This document shows, piece after piece, positions 61,901-64,000 of a stretch of DNA of 64,000 nt. The stretch lies in contig NW_025963779.1 of the NCBI RefSeq assembly GCF_023055435.1, positions 70,556,001-70,620,000 of the forward strand, given 5' to 3'. The position numbers and the translations under genes are program-made. Each line of letters begins with the position of its first letter. Position 1 is the stretch's first letter. Below the pieces are notes generated by a model that searched no databases, was not told where the DNA came from, and saw nothing but the letters and a program-made list of their open reading frames with translations. This stretch comes from Haliotis rufescens (taxonomy: Eukaryota).

Positions 61901-62649
61901 TTAAATGTTGTAATCTTGATCAAACATTTTTTCAGCAAGAGTCGTATGAGGCCCTTTTAAATCTTGCTTGATCAAGGTTACAACATTCAAAGCCTTCTCG
62001 GGATAAGAGGATAAGCATTACTAAGTATAGATTCGATCCCCCGGGTGCGTCATACCAAAAGATAATACACTTGTTGTTACCCTGCATGGAGCTCGTCTCG
62101 GGATAAAACAAAAACTGGTAGGCATGGTGCCAGTATACTGTGTCTGAGTGGGATATTCATGTTAAAACCGCGGTATAATATCTCAGTGGGTAGTATTAGC
62201 AGCAACACACACACTTACATGGTCGTTGCAATAATCTTGAAAGCGAAGTTCCTTCCTGTTTCACACCACCACTAGCTATTTCTATGGAGGAACAAAACAC
62301 AATATTATACGTTATCAGTCTTGACTGTCAGAAAATATGATTATTGATAAGATGATAGAGTTTCTAGAAGAGAATATATCTGTGTATAAATCACTCACGC
62401 CATAGGGCCACAATATATACCAACGGAAAAAGTAACTGTGCTTCATATAAAGCCGTGTAAATGTCATGTAATTAAACAAATATTTGGTCATTCGTCTGAT
62501 CAATGTTTTGTCATAACAAATTCATTGACAAAACTCATACATGGTAACAGGAGACAGAGCGCCACGCCCAACGAGAGGGGTTGTGTAACAACTCAATTAA
62601 CCAAGTCAGTTATCGGATGTGACAACTGTTTCCCTTGATACAGGGGAGT

Positions 62650-63500
62650 CAGCGGCGGCGCATAAAAAACACCAGGTGATTGAAAAAAAGCCTTTGGGAT
62701 GTTGTTCTAAATGTCAACCAAAAAATTTTCCCAAATGATCAAGCATTACCGGCTGGTTTTGATCCCTTCGTCGCCGTCGTTTCACCACACCCGAGAGGTG
62801 TTCTGTGTGGAAGAGGTCAGGGGAAACAGTCGGCCATGGCAGTACAGCAGTGTTATACTGCCTCAACGTCTGTTGCATTACGTTGGCGGGCATTATCCTC
62901 CTGCAACATGACGTTATGTCAATGCATTTGCACAAAGGTCCTTACGCCATTCAGAGTTGACTTGTGTTCTCCCATGAGTTGTGATGCCACTCCATACCAT
63001 TACAATTCTAAAACTGACGACGTTGAGTAACGCAAGCGTTGCTAAAACGTTCTCCTGGACGCCTGCAGACCCTTGCACGACCATCATAGCTGTCCAGATG
63101 AAACATGGACTCCGCTGTGAACAGTATGCTGTCCCAGTCCTGTCTTATGAAGCTTTTGAGGCTGTCTACACTAAGCAAGACGTGCCTGACGGTGACGTGA
63201 ATCCACAATTTGGCTGTTTCTGGGACGTCGGAGCAGGATGTTGTGATCCCTCAACGGGTTGCGCACAGTTCTGCCACTAATTGGTCTCAATCCAGGAATT
63301 GTCGGAGTTGTTAAAGTGGCAGTTTGGTATCGATTCCGAAAACGCACCAATCGAATATGGTTATCTTTGTGACGTGACGTCATACCTGGTCGACCGGCCC
63401 GTGGCAAGTTGCCCCGCAGTAGATTACGTCTCCAAAGAGAATATATTGTGTTTCGATGTTAAAATGCCTGGCAGCAAACCCACGCCGCGTTGACGTTAGT
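62650..63500 (-). mobile_element. Decayed Tc1-like transposase
   Basis: Fragments AGRPGMTSRHKDNHIRL...IPGLRPISGRTVRN, ILFTAESMFHLDSYDGRARVCRRPGERF and LPWPTVSPDLFHTEHL in shifting frames. Confidence 0.8.
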
Positions 63501-64000
63501 TTTAAACAAGTATTGGCATTGCGTAAACGTTATTTACAGTAAACAAAAGTTGTTGTTTTTTAGCACCTGACAGCTAAACCATCACTGTATGCTGTTCACA
63601 TTAAAAATCCACGTGTGAGAGTATCTTGCTCCCAACAAATACGCAAACATCGAAATTGTGCGCCGTGCATGAACATGTACGTGCAAATTAGGAATCACGA
63701 CCTTAAAGTCGAGGAGATGTCTTCTATGTAATAAGAGAAGCATTATCTAATATCAGAATAAATATATTTTCATTAAACGTTATATGAAACACAGTTATTT
63801 TGATCGATTACAATACACACAAGGGGGACATCATGATTGTACAAGTCAATAAATGACGTTAGAATTATGACATATGAAATGAATTATTATTTACCGGCGG
63901 AATAAATCTTAAAAAGCATAGAATAACTCACTAAACGTAGACCTTCGACATAATAGGCAAAGACAAACAGTTAGACATTTTGACAACATTTCCCAGTGAA

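Overview
AT-rich, intron-rich animal genomic DNA. The gene content and SINE families suggest a mollusc, probably a gastropod such as abalone (inference). Genes were reconstructed by hand from splice sites and reading-frame phase. (1) The 5' end (two exons) of a secreted GH10 glycoside hydrolase on the minus strand, running off the left edge. (2) A complete 18-exon tandem paralog of about 850 aa: signal peptide, CBM4/22-type module, GH10 barrel with both catalytic Glu, a beta-rich linker, and a three-module 18-Cys tail closely resembling the PCSK9 C-terminal domain. (3) A 4-exon MEGF10/SCARF-like EGF-repeat single-pass receptor with a Tyr-motif tail. (4) A classical protein tyrosine phosphatase with an intact active site, one PTP domain and an N-terminal membrane anchor but almost no ectodomain. 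(5) An atypical Ras-like GTPase with degenerate G1/G3 motifs and no CaaX box. (6) A decayed EGF-receptor paralog. (7) A plus-strand ShKT + EGF-repeat gene whose 3' end is not visible. Introns and intergenic DNA carry at least four SINE families, many Penelope-like (Naiad-type) 3' fragments, decayed Tc1/mariner copies, MITEs, LINE fragments, microsatellites and three N gaps.
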